From assembly GCA_002269645.1 (NCBI GenBank), contig NIVC01000019.1:1178001-1242000 (forward strand): 64,000 bases of DNA, given 5' to 3'. Below the pieces are notes generated by a model, which did no database searches, was not told the DNA's origin, and worked only from the letters and a program-made list of their open reading frames with translations. The position numbers and the translations under genes are program-made. The DNA comes from Macrostomum lignano (Eukaryota). Shown here in pieces: positions 34,161 through 46,225 of this stretch (position 1 is the first letter of the stretch; every line of letters starts with the position of its first letter).

Positions 34161-35904
34161 ACGGGCTCCTGCAGGTATCTTAGCAGTGTCTCAAGCTGCA
34201 GATGCTGCAGTGGTACATGTACAAGCCCCGAATTCTGGACCAGCGGCTGTTCCTCTGCCTGCTGAAAATCCAGAACCTTGGTGTGTGGCCATCTTGGTCA
34301 TGCGCCAGAAGCTGAGAAAGTAGAATGCGCGTGGCGACGGTGGTGGCATGTGTGAGTCGTAGAGCAGAGTCCAGTCCAACAGCTAGAGGAAGAGGAGATC
34401 GAGAGGTGAGGCCATGTAGATGCATTTATGTGGCCGACGGCCACTGGCCGTCAATCGCCAGGTCTGGTCTCTCTAGCACCCATTGGCACAACCAAGGGCA
34501 AGAGATGAACGGTCTTTGGGTCTTCACCTCTTGGATCCCCCCAGACCGACTTTCTCGTTGCGCACAAGATTATTGGGGATGGTCGGATGGTCGGAGTCCA
34601 TCACCATGGTTCGTGCATGGGTTTCGATCCGATCCGGGGTTCGTGGTTTCGTCGATTCGTAATTTTCGTAATGCACAACGTTTTCTTGGATAATGTTAAT
34701 TTAAAATTAAAAAAAAATTACTACTGACTATAATTATTTTAGTTTTTAATTTAAAGTTAAACCTAAAAAAATATGTAAGCAATAAATAAAGCAACATAAC
34801 TTTCATTGCTTTTATCTTACGTGTTTTACTACACTATTTAGCGAAAAATCAAATGGGCACGAATTACGATAGTAAGTAGTTTCTTCGAAAGCAGTAAAAG
34901 TCTATCGTTTTTTTGTTTTTAACTGATTTATATTATATTATATTATATATCATCTTTGATTTACCCTAGTTACCCTAGATTTGGCCTTCTGCATCATATC
35001 ATCATCAAGCTTCGGCTTTTAAGTCTGGCATTCCTTGTGAGAATGTGCTAATTGTAATTCGTAACAGCTTTATCATTGCCTTGCTGTACTAATGATTTAA
35101 GTATTAATCAACGTTTTGTAGCAAAGTTTGCTTTTACAGTTCATCCATTGCATGCACTCAATGCATCATTCCATGTTCTATGTATGTTTAAGTAAACCAT
35201 AGGGTAAAATGCTATATATATATGATCTAAAGATTTTTAAGAAGTAAAAACTCATTTAAATTAGTTTAGTATCTTTAAATTAGACTAGTTGTTTTTTACT
35301 AACACAATGGCAGACATTTAGTAAATACATGCCCAACCTCAAAATTTCATCTATCTAGTGCCCATACTCTGGAAGGTTACAAGTACGCCAGAAAATTCTG
35401 GTGTACAAATGACCTCTTTCAAAGTTGGTATACAAATTTTGGCATACAAAAAAGTCTTGCCATTTTTGGCATACAGATTTTGGCCTACAAACTCATGCTA
35501 TGTGACTTTTGCATGAAAATTTTAACGTAAATTTACATAACTTATATAAAAAATTTCCAAGAACTATTTTAAAAGGACTGTGAATTTCTTTTCATTTCTA
35601 TTTCTAGACAACTGAAAGAAGATGACTGAGTAACATTACTTAATTCGGACGTAGCTATTGTCTTATGCTTTTTTTGACCTGAATGACCTATTTTTAGAAG
35701 AAATTTTGGCATACATATTAGGGGAATTGTTACCCTTTTTGGCGTACACTGGCAGACATTTAGATGAGCTAGGATTCTTGTTCCGGCGTACACTACTACA
35801 TGATCTGGACCCTGGTTCAGTGTGACTTAGTTTTGTCCAGATTTGCGACTTAGTTCCTCTTGATTGCAACTTAGTTCCCCCAATTGCAACTTAATTTTCA
35901 TTTT

Positions 35905-36035
35905 GTATATGACTTTTCTTGCCTTTTCTCTTTTCTTCTCTTTCTCTTTCTCTCTCCTCTTTCCAATCTCTCTTTTCTTTCTCCTTTTCATTTTCTCTTC
36001 CTCTCCTTTCTTTCCTCCCCCAATTTTTTGTTTTT
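35905..36035. repeat. CT/T-rich low-complexity tract
   Basis: Pyrimidine run that produces the F/S/L-rich spurious ORFs. Confidence 0.8.
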
Positions 36036-36324
36036 TTGTGTTTTCAATTTTGTGACTTACCTTGGCCAGCAGCTATTTCACTTGTCCAGTTCGAATGGGT
36101 TGGACAGGTGTTGTGAATGTATGATTTAGTATCAGATACTATTGTATTCAAAAGTATTCAAAAGAAATGTATTTGTTTTTTCAATTTATTTCATTTGGTA
36201 ATGCTAATGTACTGTACTTTGCTAATTATTAGAACCTATTTTTAAACAGCTTAGTATTAACTATCTAGTATAGATATATTTTTGCTATTTATTTTACCAA
36301 ATATTTCTATTCTTTCATGGCTGA

Positions 36325-37823
<1,499 letters not shown>

Positions 37824-37931
37824 ACAGGCAGTTTGCCAATACATTGTTGCTTGCTTGTTTACATTGTCTTTAAACAATGATTCATTGTATTTGCTACTTG
37901 AAGGCACTTGAAACAGGTCTCAAATGGGGAA

Positions 37932-38110
37932 GTGCAAGAGAAGTTCAGTGGAATTAACGCGTCCGAGTCTTGAGCCAATGTAACCCAGGTTCGATTCCGT
38001 GCGCAACGCCTTCGGCGACATTGTCCCACAAGCAAACAGCAACAATCCTATGTTCTAATTGTCATGGCATGTACACCCTCTGTGCCTCGGGAGTCATGAG
38101 GGGGGTTTCA
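37932..38110 (+). mobile_element. tRNA-derived SINE (head-containing copy)
   Basis: A-box-like AGTTCAGTGG (37942), B-box GGTTCGATTCC (37988-37998), body CAACGCCTTCGGCGACATTGTC, 3' motif CATGTACACCCTCTGTGCCTCGGGAG shared with other copies. Confidence 0.7.
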
Positions 38111-39948
38111 GGACAGAATTTTCCACTGTCTCCATAATTCCATTATTTCTATCTGTATTAATCCAAAAGAAATCTGAAAAAAGGGGGTCGACTTAGTTCG
38201 AGGATCTTCCAACATAGCGCTTTTTCATGCTACTAGCGTAATCCTCAATGAACCACTTTGTGCGCAGAATTTTTCACACACGCTGAGCAAGTCGCTAGCT
38301 CCCGAGAAATGGCACTCGCACTCTTGCTGCTTATGGGAGCCGGTGGAGCTGGCAAATGCTGGATCTATTATTAGAAGTGGCGTATGCAAGTTCATGGTCT
38401 GTACGAATGCATTGCTCTTAAGGTTGCCAACAATTTTAGTTCCATGTTGTCGTCGCCTGGTTGATTAGTATTGGGAACGTTAACCTCGCGTTGGGGCAGA
38501 ACTTTTGCATGTTACAGGCTGCATTCCTTCTTGCATTGGTACTTCGCTGGACTTGTAAGCAAGTAGCAAGTAAAAGTGTTGTGTTGGAAGATTTTCGAAC
38601 AGAGACGACCCGCCGTTTTGCCAATTGCTTTGGGAATTATACAGACAGAGTTAATGGGATTATGGAGGCAGTGGAGCATTCTGTCCTGAGAGCATCCTCA
38701 TGACAACTACTTGAGTCAGACAACTTTACGTATGTAGGTTCATATCCGTGTACGTGTGCCTTTGCCTGCTCAGTGGGCAAACGTCTTTGATAGGGTCAGA
38801 TAGGGGTCACATGACACTAATAACTAATTACACTCACTGCATCCTTCCTCTATTCAGATAAATTCTTTATTAGCTGTGCCTACACGAACAATCTGTTAAA
38901 ACGAGTTTTATTTATCAGCTTTCGCGATCTATTCATTAAAAAAATTGCTTAATTTGTGTGCCTTTAGCATAGCGTTTTTATTTTTAAGTACAGACAATTT
39001 TTATCGATTCGATATATTATAGGTAGATATTACCAACCAATGTTCGTTTATTTTTTTATTCATAGTTGCATATTTCGTTTAATTCTCTCAGCAACCTTTC
39101 AGTCAACCATGTCTTATATTGATTTATCTACCGAATCCGAATATTCGAATTCTACTCATATTCTTTGGTTTAAAGTTCATGTGATAAAGATGACGTCACA
39201 CAAATAGATTTGCACTTTACTGTATGTACTTTTTATTAATTTGAGTTTTATCTGTGTAATAATTTTAGTTGCTTAGATTAAAATGCGTTCGTTTCTGCGT
39301 TCAAATCTTGATTGGCATCATCTTGTTTGTCGCGTCAGTCCGGAGCTGTGGCTTTCAGAGTTCAATTATTTCTATACTTAGATAATAATATAATAGTAAT
39401 AAAGAAAATTTATATTCGGTTAATAAAATGTATAAGCTTGCATTAGTGCAATGTTTTTTCTGTAATCACAATCAATTCAACTAATGATGGTTTTTATCGT
39501 TGCCTAATGTACTTTTAGGTATGTACTTTTATACTATCATTATTTCTATTGCTTTAAATTTCAAAAGTCAATTCATAATTAGAGACTGTGTACTTTGTGC
39601 ATAGAACACTTTTTCAAAATACATGTTTAGATCTTGTCACGTGACTACTAGCGACTGTATTGCTTAGAGTGTTTTACACAATTGAGATTTGACTTTTACT
39701 AACTTCTTAAATAATTTCGAAACAGGTTGGAGTAAAAAACAAATGGGACCCAGTGTAATCTTTTGGGTCAAAACAATTATGACTATAACATTGGTTGCAA
39801 TCGCAAGACCGTAAGGTTGCAAGGGAAGACCAAATTTAACCCAGAGCTCTCCTTTGGCTCTATTTTTGAGAATAATATTCAAATTGTCGTGACGGGAAAG
39901 TGACTTGCACTTTTGCATTTGATTTTGACTTGGGTTCATCATCTAGAT

Positions 39949-40396
39949 CAGGGATCGGCAAACTTTTTTATCTCAATGTCCAATGAAGAATCCAGCTCAT
40001 GACTAGGGGCCAGATGAAAGAGGAAAAGAGGGAATAGAAAAAGAGAGATGAGAGAAAAGAGATAAGAAGACAAGAGGAGAAAAAGAGGGGAGAGAAAGGA
40101 GAGAGAGAGGAGAGAAGGATAGAAGGGAAGGTGGTAGAGAGGAGAGGGGAGAGAGGAGAGAGGGTAGAGAAGAGGGGAAGAGAAGAGAGGGGAGAGAGGA
40201 GAGAGGGGAGGGAAGAGGGGAGAGAAGAGAGGGAGGGAAGAGGGGAGAGAAGAGGGGAAGAGGGGAGTGAGGAGAGAGGGAAGAGGAGAGAGAGGTGATG
40301 GGAGAGAAGAGACAAACCTTGGTCGGCCCAAATTTGTGGAGTCTCAAAGGACCCGAGGGCCCAGAGGCTTCACGGGCCGGAGTTCGCCGACCCCTG
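39949..40396. mobile_element. hAT-Charlie-type MITE (448 bp) carrying an internal purine (GA-rich) tract at about 40013-40312
   Basis: TIR CAGGGATCGGCAAACT / AGTTCGCCGACCCCTG and exact 8-bp TSD ATCTAGAT (39941-39948, 40397-40404), the NTCTAGAN target typical of Charlie elements. Confidence 0.92.
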
Positions 40397-41008
40397 ATCT
40401 AGATTTATAGATTTTAGTGAACTCATTGTATTATAAGCGCTGTAGATGGCTTGCGAGCCAAAATAATAAGACCGACACGGTTGAGCGAGAAAAGTCCATG
40501 AATAAAGCTAACGGATTCTTATCTTTGTTCAATGCAAAAGAAAAAACAATCATAAGAAACAAATAAAATCGATGTTGGGTGCCCTCCACCATAGTGCCAC
40601 CAGAGCATGCGGCAGACTACGCAATAATTCACAATAATAGTAATAATGAACAATGATTTTTTTACTTTAGCAACGAGAACAAATGAGAGAGAGGGCGGCA
40701 AGTACTTTTGCTGAAAAGATGCTTATACTTATTACTTATTACTTATATAAGAGTTTTAAGACCAAAAGTTAATAAATAGATGATGATAATTGACATGATT
40801 TTACAAACAGTATCAATGATTCGCATCTTTTTATGACTTTTAAATAGAGAAAAAGTAAGGCTTTCGTTTCTGAAAGAGCGAAAAAATGTACGAAAATCCA
40901 TAACAACCTGAAACGATCTGTTTACGAGCGGAGTTTCCCTTCACAAAAAGGAATATTAACAAGTACAATTCGCTCGTAGTGCGACATTAATTTTTGGGTT
41001 GTCGCATA

Positions 41009-41403
41009 CCCACAAGGGCCAACCCCCACGAGAGCCAACCCCCCACGAGAGCCAACCCCCCACGAGAGCCAACCCCCTCGAGATCCAACCCCTTTGAGAG
41101 CCAACCCCTTCGGGAGCCAACCCCCCACGAGAGCCATCCCCCTCGAGAGCCAACCCCTTCGAGAGCCAACCCCTTCGGGAGCCAACCCCCCACGAGAGCC
41201 AACCCCCACGAGAGCCAACCCCCACGAGAGCCAACCCCCACGAGAGCCAACCCTACGAGAGCCAACCCCCACGAGAGCCAACCACCCACGAGAGCCAACC
41301 CCCACGAGAGCCAACCCCCACGAGAGCCAACCCCCCCCCACGAGAGCCAACCCCTACGAGAGCCAACCCCTACGAGAGCCAATCTCAGGAGAGCCAACCC
41401 CCA
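41009..41403. repeat. 16-17-bp minisatellite (GAGAGCCAACCCCCAC), about 23 units
   Basis: Tandem units that explain ORFs 40922-41440. Confidence 0.95.
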
Positions 41404-41560
41404 CGGCACAGAGAGTGTACATGGCCTGACAGGATTATGAAGTCACGGCCGCTGTACACCCTGTGTGGGCGTGTGTATGAGTGCGTTCCTGTGTACTGTA
41501 TTGGCGGGCTTGAATTGGTATTGAGACGACGTTGCCGAAGACATTGCACCAGGATGACCA
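41395..41560 (-). mobile_element. SINE copy (5'-truncated), same family as the 38 kb and 49 kb copies
   Basis: Minus strand reads CAATGTCTTCGGCAACGTCG...GCCAATACAGTACACAGG...GTGTACAGCGGCC...CATGTACACTCTCTGTGCCGTGGGGGTTGG. Confidence 0.7.
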
Positions 41561-41747
41561 AAACTCTTCTCTGAATATTTTTTTATTACATTTCATCCCA
41601 TCATCACGTAGTCAGCTAAAAAACTGGTCTCATTTGATGGCGGTGTAAATGAGCTCAAAAAAGTGCCAGCTCTACAGTACACTGGTATGTAAAGTGCCGA
41701 AAAAAACCACCCTCAGTCTGAGAAAATTTAAATGAAGCTTACTTTCT

Positions 41748-43502
41748 TCAACCGAGAAAAGCTCCTATGGTAGTGAGAATGGCTTTGCCGCAGGCTGGGC
41801 AGGTGCAGAAGCTTCTCGTGCATTGCCGGCAGTATTTCAGATGCGCGCAAGGCAACAAGACGCAGTCGCGGCTTCGCTGACTGCAGTTATTGCACATCGG
41901 GCTGTCGTTGCAATCTGTTGCAGAGGGGCCAGAGCTTCTAGCCGGCTCCTCTGGCCTGTCATCTGAATTTCTGCGTAAGAAAAATCGAGGCCATTGATCC
42001 TATTGTTGTGTTCTGCATTTTTGTTTCAGTTCATACTGACATACTGGTAACTCAGTTAGTTTGTGTGCGTTTTCAACCTCCCATGTGACTTGTCGTTGGG
42101 CTTAAGCCTTAGCCGGTAGTAGTTCAAAACTTAGAAGTTCCGGCAGTAGGTAGTAGTCCCCCCAGTTCTCGTTGTTATCACTATTTTCGTGCCGCTAATT
42201 GGCTGGCGTTAGGCATGCCTTTCGTGTCTGGTGTACTATTTGTTGTTTACTGCGTTCTGATTGGCTGGGACTGGCGGCGGACTCGGTATTTCCTTTCCCT
42301 CCTGGCGGTGTGGTTGGCTGGCGCGGGGTGGGGTCGGTGGTGAGGTGGTGGTTGGAGAGCTTGAGGCTTTCCCCACTCTCCTCACTTAGCCGGAAAGACG
42401 GTCTCTTACTGCGAAGTCTCAATCAAGAAATCAGACCCGCCAGACCTACCGAAGCGTACGGGCCTACGTGTGCCAGATGTCAGCATCTGTTGCCAATTAC
42501 GTGAGTGGTGCTGTTCTTCATTTTTTCGGTTGCCTAGGGGTTCGGAGAGTCCGTGTGTCCTCCGAACTGACGGCCCGACGCCGGCTCACCCAGTAGGCTA
42601 GTAGGGATCCTGGTATACAGCTCTCTATACGACTGTCTGTATCTGTATCTAAATATCGCCCAGCACAGATGCAATATTTGAGTTTGTTGCATAGTGTTAA
42701 AGAATACATAAGGGATACCCAGACCTTGGAAATGGTTTTAACACAAAAAGTAGAAAACGTATTATGTTAGAAATTACCTCAAGCAGTTGATGCGCTCGTT
42801 TTGCGCAGGTGTGGTCACGCACCAGCTGGCAGCCGCCTTTACCAAATCTGCGGTCCAGGCACCCAGTGTGCGCAGAGCATCCGGTATGCCGTGAATCACT
42901 TTGATGAGGTCTCCTGACTTTGGTAATTTCAAGCCACTGCCTGCCGCCTGCTTCAAAATCAGTTTCAACAAGGCCAGGACAACGTCTCCTTCGGAAAAGC
43001 CGTACGACTTCACGTATCCAACGATGGGATCAAACAGAGCTGATAAAAGCTGGCCGATCAGTTTTTCGTGTTTTTTAGCATCAGCAGCAATTTCAGCGTT
43101 GGGCGGCTTCTTGTCAATGAGCTGCAGCAATTGAAGCAGCTCACAGTTGGGCTGGTGAAGCGGTTTCCACTGCTCCAGACGGTCTGTCAGTTTCTCAACT
43201 CGGAAGCCGCAGTGACAGCAACTGGCGCTGCAACTGCCATCGAAATGAAACCCCTGCTCGGCCACCTTTTCTGCTGCAGTTGCTTCTATAATGCCTTTGA
43301 ATGACTCAAGACGGCGATTAAAGATAATCTGATCCGGTCTGTTTGATGTGCCGATTATAACTAGTAGATAACCGGCCAGAACCGAATTCCAAACTCTATT
43401 TTCTGCCCCTTGAATAGACTTTTTAGCCTGTTCGGCTGAGAGTAGCGGGATGGTCAGGGTCTGAATATTGGTTTGGTTGCTAGATTGACTGGCGCGGGCC
43501 AT
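41748..43502 (-). CDS. IAP-like paralog A (atypical BIR, UBA-like, RING); 2 exons, about 315 aa
   Basis: Exon 1 43502-42778 (RLESF...AEQGFHFDG...SCCHC...H...C; VKSYGFS) ends AG|GTAATT. Exon 2 41970-41748 follows TTACGCAG| and encodes CNNC...LPCAHLKYCRQC...CPAC...GAFLG*; it is absent from the ORF track. The phase-2 join is in frame. Confidence 0.8.
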
Positions 43503-45149
43503 TAATCGGTTCTTCAGTTGCCTGCTTGAACTCTGAAGGAACCTGTGAGGGTGCACGTCAAAAAAACACGAAATGAATCGTACGAAGCTTTAAGAAAAGT
43601 GTAACTTATTTGGGTTGTATTGTTGCCCAAAAATTACTGTAGCAGTTTCAATTTTCATGAATTTAATTTCTAGTACTAGGAAAATCCACAGCAAGAAAGT
43701 AGGCTGTGTGAATTTTAAGTCTTTTTGTAGTTAGAAACCATTATTGATCGTTTCGTGTATATTCTGTGATATTCAAAAATGTTAAATAGATTCACGACCT
43801 ACCTTATAGGCCATTTGCAACAGAGAAAAACTCTACATGTCCATGCAGTGGCTGCGCTCCATGAGACTTGCTGCAATTCAAACCGTACTTCTTTACTCTC
43901 TAGAGGCGGTTTTCTTTTGCAAACAAAGAACTTCTATTTAGACTTGTATATAATCAGACAAATCGAAAACTGCCACCCTAAGCTCAGTGCGCGTATACAA
44001 GAGTTGGAAAAGAAAACTTTGCGCAAGTCGCAGTGTAGTGAGCTGAAGTCAATCGCTCTGCCAATGCTCTAACCGGGTAGTTACTAAGGCTCGTACTTGT
44101 GCAGCTTTTAGCATTGAACAAGGAACTAAAAATATGCTATCAATAAAGGGCCACTATGAGCAATAGTGAATATTCTAGCCAGGGAATCTTATTGGTTCGC
44201 TGAGCTACCGCAGCTAGCATGGAATAGAGCATAGAGGCTTCCCTGATTCTAGCCAAGGCATGTACAGACTATAAGCTTCCCAAAGTGCAGCTTTACAGAA
44301 GCTCTACAAAAACTATAATGTGTAGTTGCGAGTCGCAAATTGTGACAATTAATCATTGTTTTTAGGATCCTCAAGCAGCATAACAATGCAAAGAATCAGC
44401 GGTCGCAGCACGGGACAACGAATTGTCCGTTGTCTATGGCAACGAAACTGCTATCCTGGACACGCGACAATACCGTACGAGAGGCGTCATCATCAATTGG
44501 ACAGGCCCTAGTGAAACGTGTAAGCAGTGCCTGTGCGGCGTCAATATCAGCTTCGGCAATTCAGCCTACCTATGATGAAAGCATAAGTTGGAGTTGGAAC
44601 TAGCTCGGATTATTAACTTAGTCCTCGAAAAGCTTTACTTAAATAGGTTTTTATCACAGACACAAACTATCCAAAAGATAAAACGTATTTCAAATATATA
44701 TATAGTATCTTTAATGATAGTTTAATAAATTCTGTTTATTTTGAGTAAGCATGGTTTTTTGGTTAAATTCTGCTAAAATACACCAAAAACGTAGCAATCT
44801 GTTGATAAAAAACTTTTTTCACTCCAAGCATACGAGTAAACGTCAGTGTGTATCTTTTTTTATGCCACGAATGAAAGCTTTAAATCAGAACAAATTTAAC
44901 AAGACAATACTTGCTTTGTTTTAGGCGAATTAATCTCTTTGTTAGGTTAATTTTGTGTCATTGCAAAAACGAAATTTTAATTGACTCATCTATTAAAATC
45001 ATTAATAAGAATCTGTTGCGTGATAGGCAGGTCTCGCCTTAAAACAGCTGATCGAATGTCATGGAACTTGCTGGTTGCCCAGTAGCATTTAATTTCGGCC
45101 TTGCGTACAATTCCCATGTAGAAAATAATGGCATACTATTTTTAACTTT

Positions 45150-45370
45150 GTTTTCTGAGCAGAGTTGGAAGAGTTGCAGCTCTTCACAAGCTCAGGAAAT
45201 AGTGTTTTCCATCAGCTGAGTAATCACGTGCTCAGTGAAGAACTTTGCAAATAAGTCCAGCACCCCAGCGAACGCAACTCAGTTCTCTATTGTTGAAACC
45301 AGGAATTCCATGAAATACGGGGTGAGCCACACATTCTCACCAACGATTTCGTCGACATCTTTTTTCGTTG
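45150..45370 (-). mobile_element. Possible piggyBac-like transposase remnant
   Basis: A stop-interrupted frame contains LDLFAKFFTEHVITQLMENT, resembling the piggyBac/PGBD motif LF.LFFT..II..IV..TN. Short match only. Confidence 0.25.
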
Positions 45371-45874
45371 ACCTCAGCGGCCAAGACTTGACTACTGGAG
45401 TTTGCGACTGGAGTCGCTAAACTATTCGTGAGAGTAAGAAGTAGCTCGTAATTAGCTGTCACTGGCATGAACTGGAAAGAGGGAGAGAAAACAGAGTAAA
45501 CAGGGACTACTCGATCAAACACCCGGACGGGAAACTAGGAATTTTTTACGAGGCTGGTCTTTTTACGAGGCAGCGCCTGCACGGACAGGGTGGGAGGTAC
45601 GACTCAGATAGGCCCACTAGTCGTCAAAAAGTTTTGGCTCGATCTGGCATGGCGTCAAATACAACAACTAACGCTGTTACAGCTGCCTTTAGACAAATTA
45701 AGTGTAAGCAGGGGTTACTGGCTGCAGTTGGTCTGCACTTAGACATGAATACAGAATTACCAGCACACGCTGCCCACATATTCCTTTATAATAAAAATGA
45801 GTTGTCTGCATATGGATAGTCTAGACCTAAAATTCTAGCAGAAGTCTGTTTCAGGCTCTCTGACAGTCGCTAAG

Positions 45875-46076
45875 TCACACTATATAGGCAGGTACATTGC
45901 ACAGTATATAGTGGCCACAAAGTTGACAGTTCTTCATATCGCTGACGCACACCTGACAGAACTTCAGGTGAGCGCACGGTAGCACGATCCGATTGCGTTG
46001 GCGACTGCGGCACCGAACGCACTGCGGGCTGTCGTCGTCTTGAAGCAGTGAATTGGCGTGCGTCACATCTTGCTCA
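45875..46076 (-). CDS. IAP-type RING exon (B); probably the terminal exon of paralog C or an orphan
   Basis: CVRC...LPCAHLKFCQVC...CQLC...PAYIV*. No ATG (the track uses TTG). Candidate phase-2 acceptor GATTGCAG|T at 46077/46076. Confidence 0.7.
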
Positions 46077-46225
46077 CTGCAATCGGGTTTGTTCAAGGGG
46101 AATGTTTGAGAGGGTTGCGTGCAGCAATCACATCACATCGAAGCAGACAGCTTAGACTAATATATTATTAAATTTTCTCAGATAGGAATTTTTAGACACC
46201 CGTGAACTAGCTACTGGCTGGCGCC

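Noticed and set aside
37940-38000. tRNA gene
   Set aside because: A and B boxes are present, but I could not form an acceptor stem or cloverleaf, and the sequence continues into a body shared with dispersed copies, so it is a SINE head.
39948-41440. Low-complexity ORFs (S/P/L-rich, GVGSRGG, REPTP repeats)
   Set aside because: These are translations of the GA tract inside the Charlie MITE and of the 16-bp minisatellite.
43779-44072. 97-aa plus-strand ORF as a gene or transposase fragment
   Set aside because: No identifiable motif or splice context.
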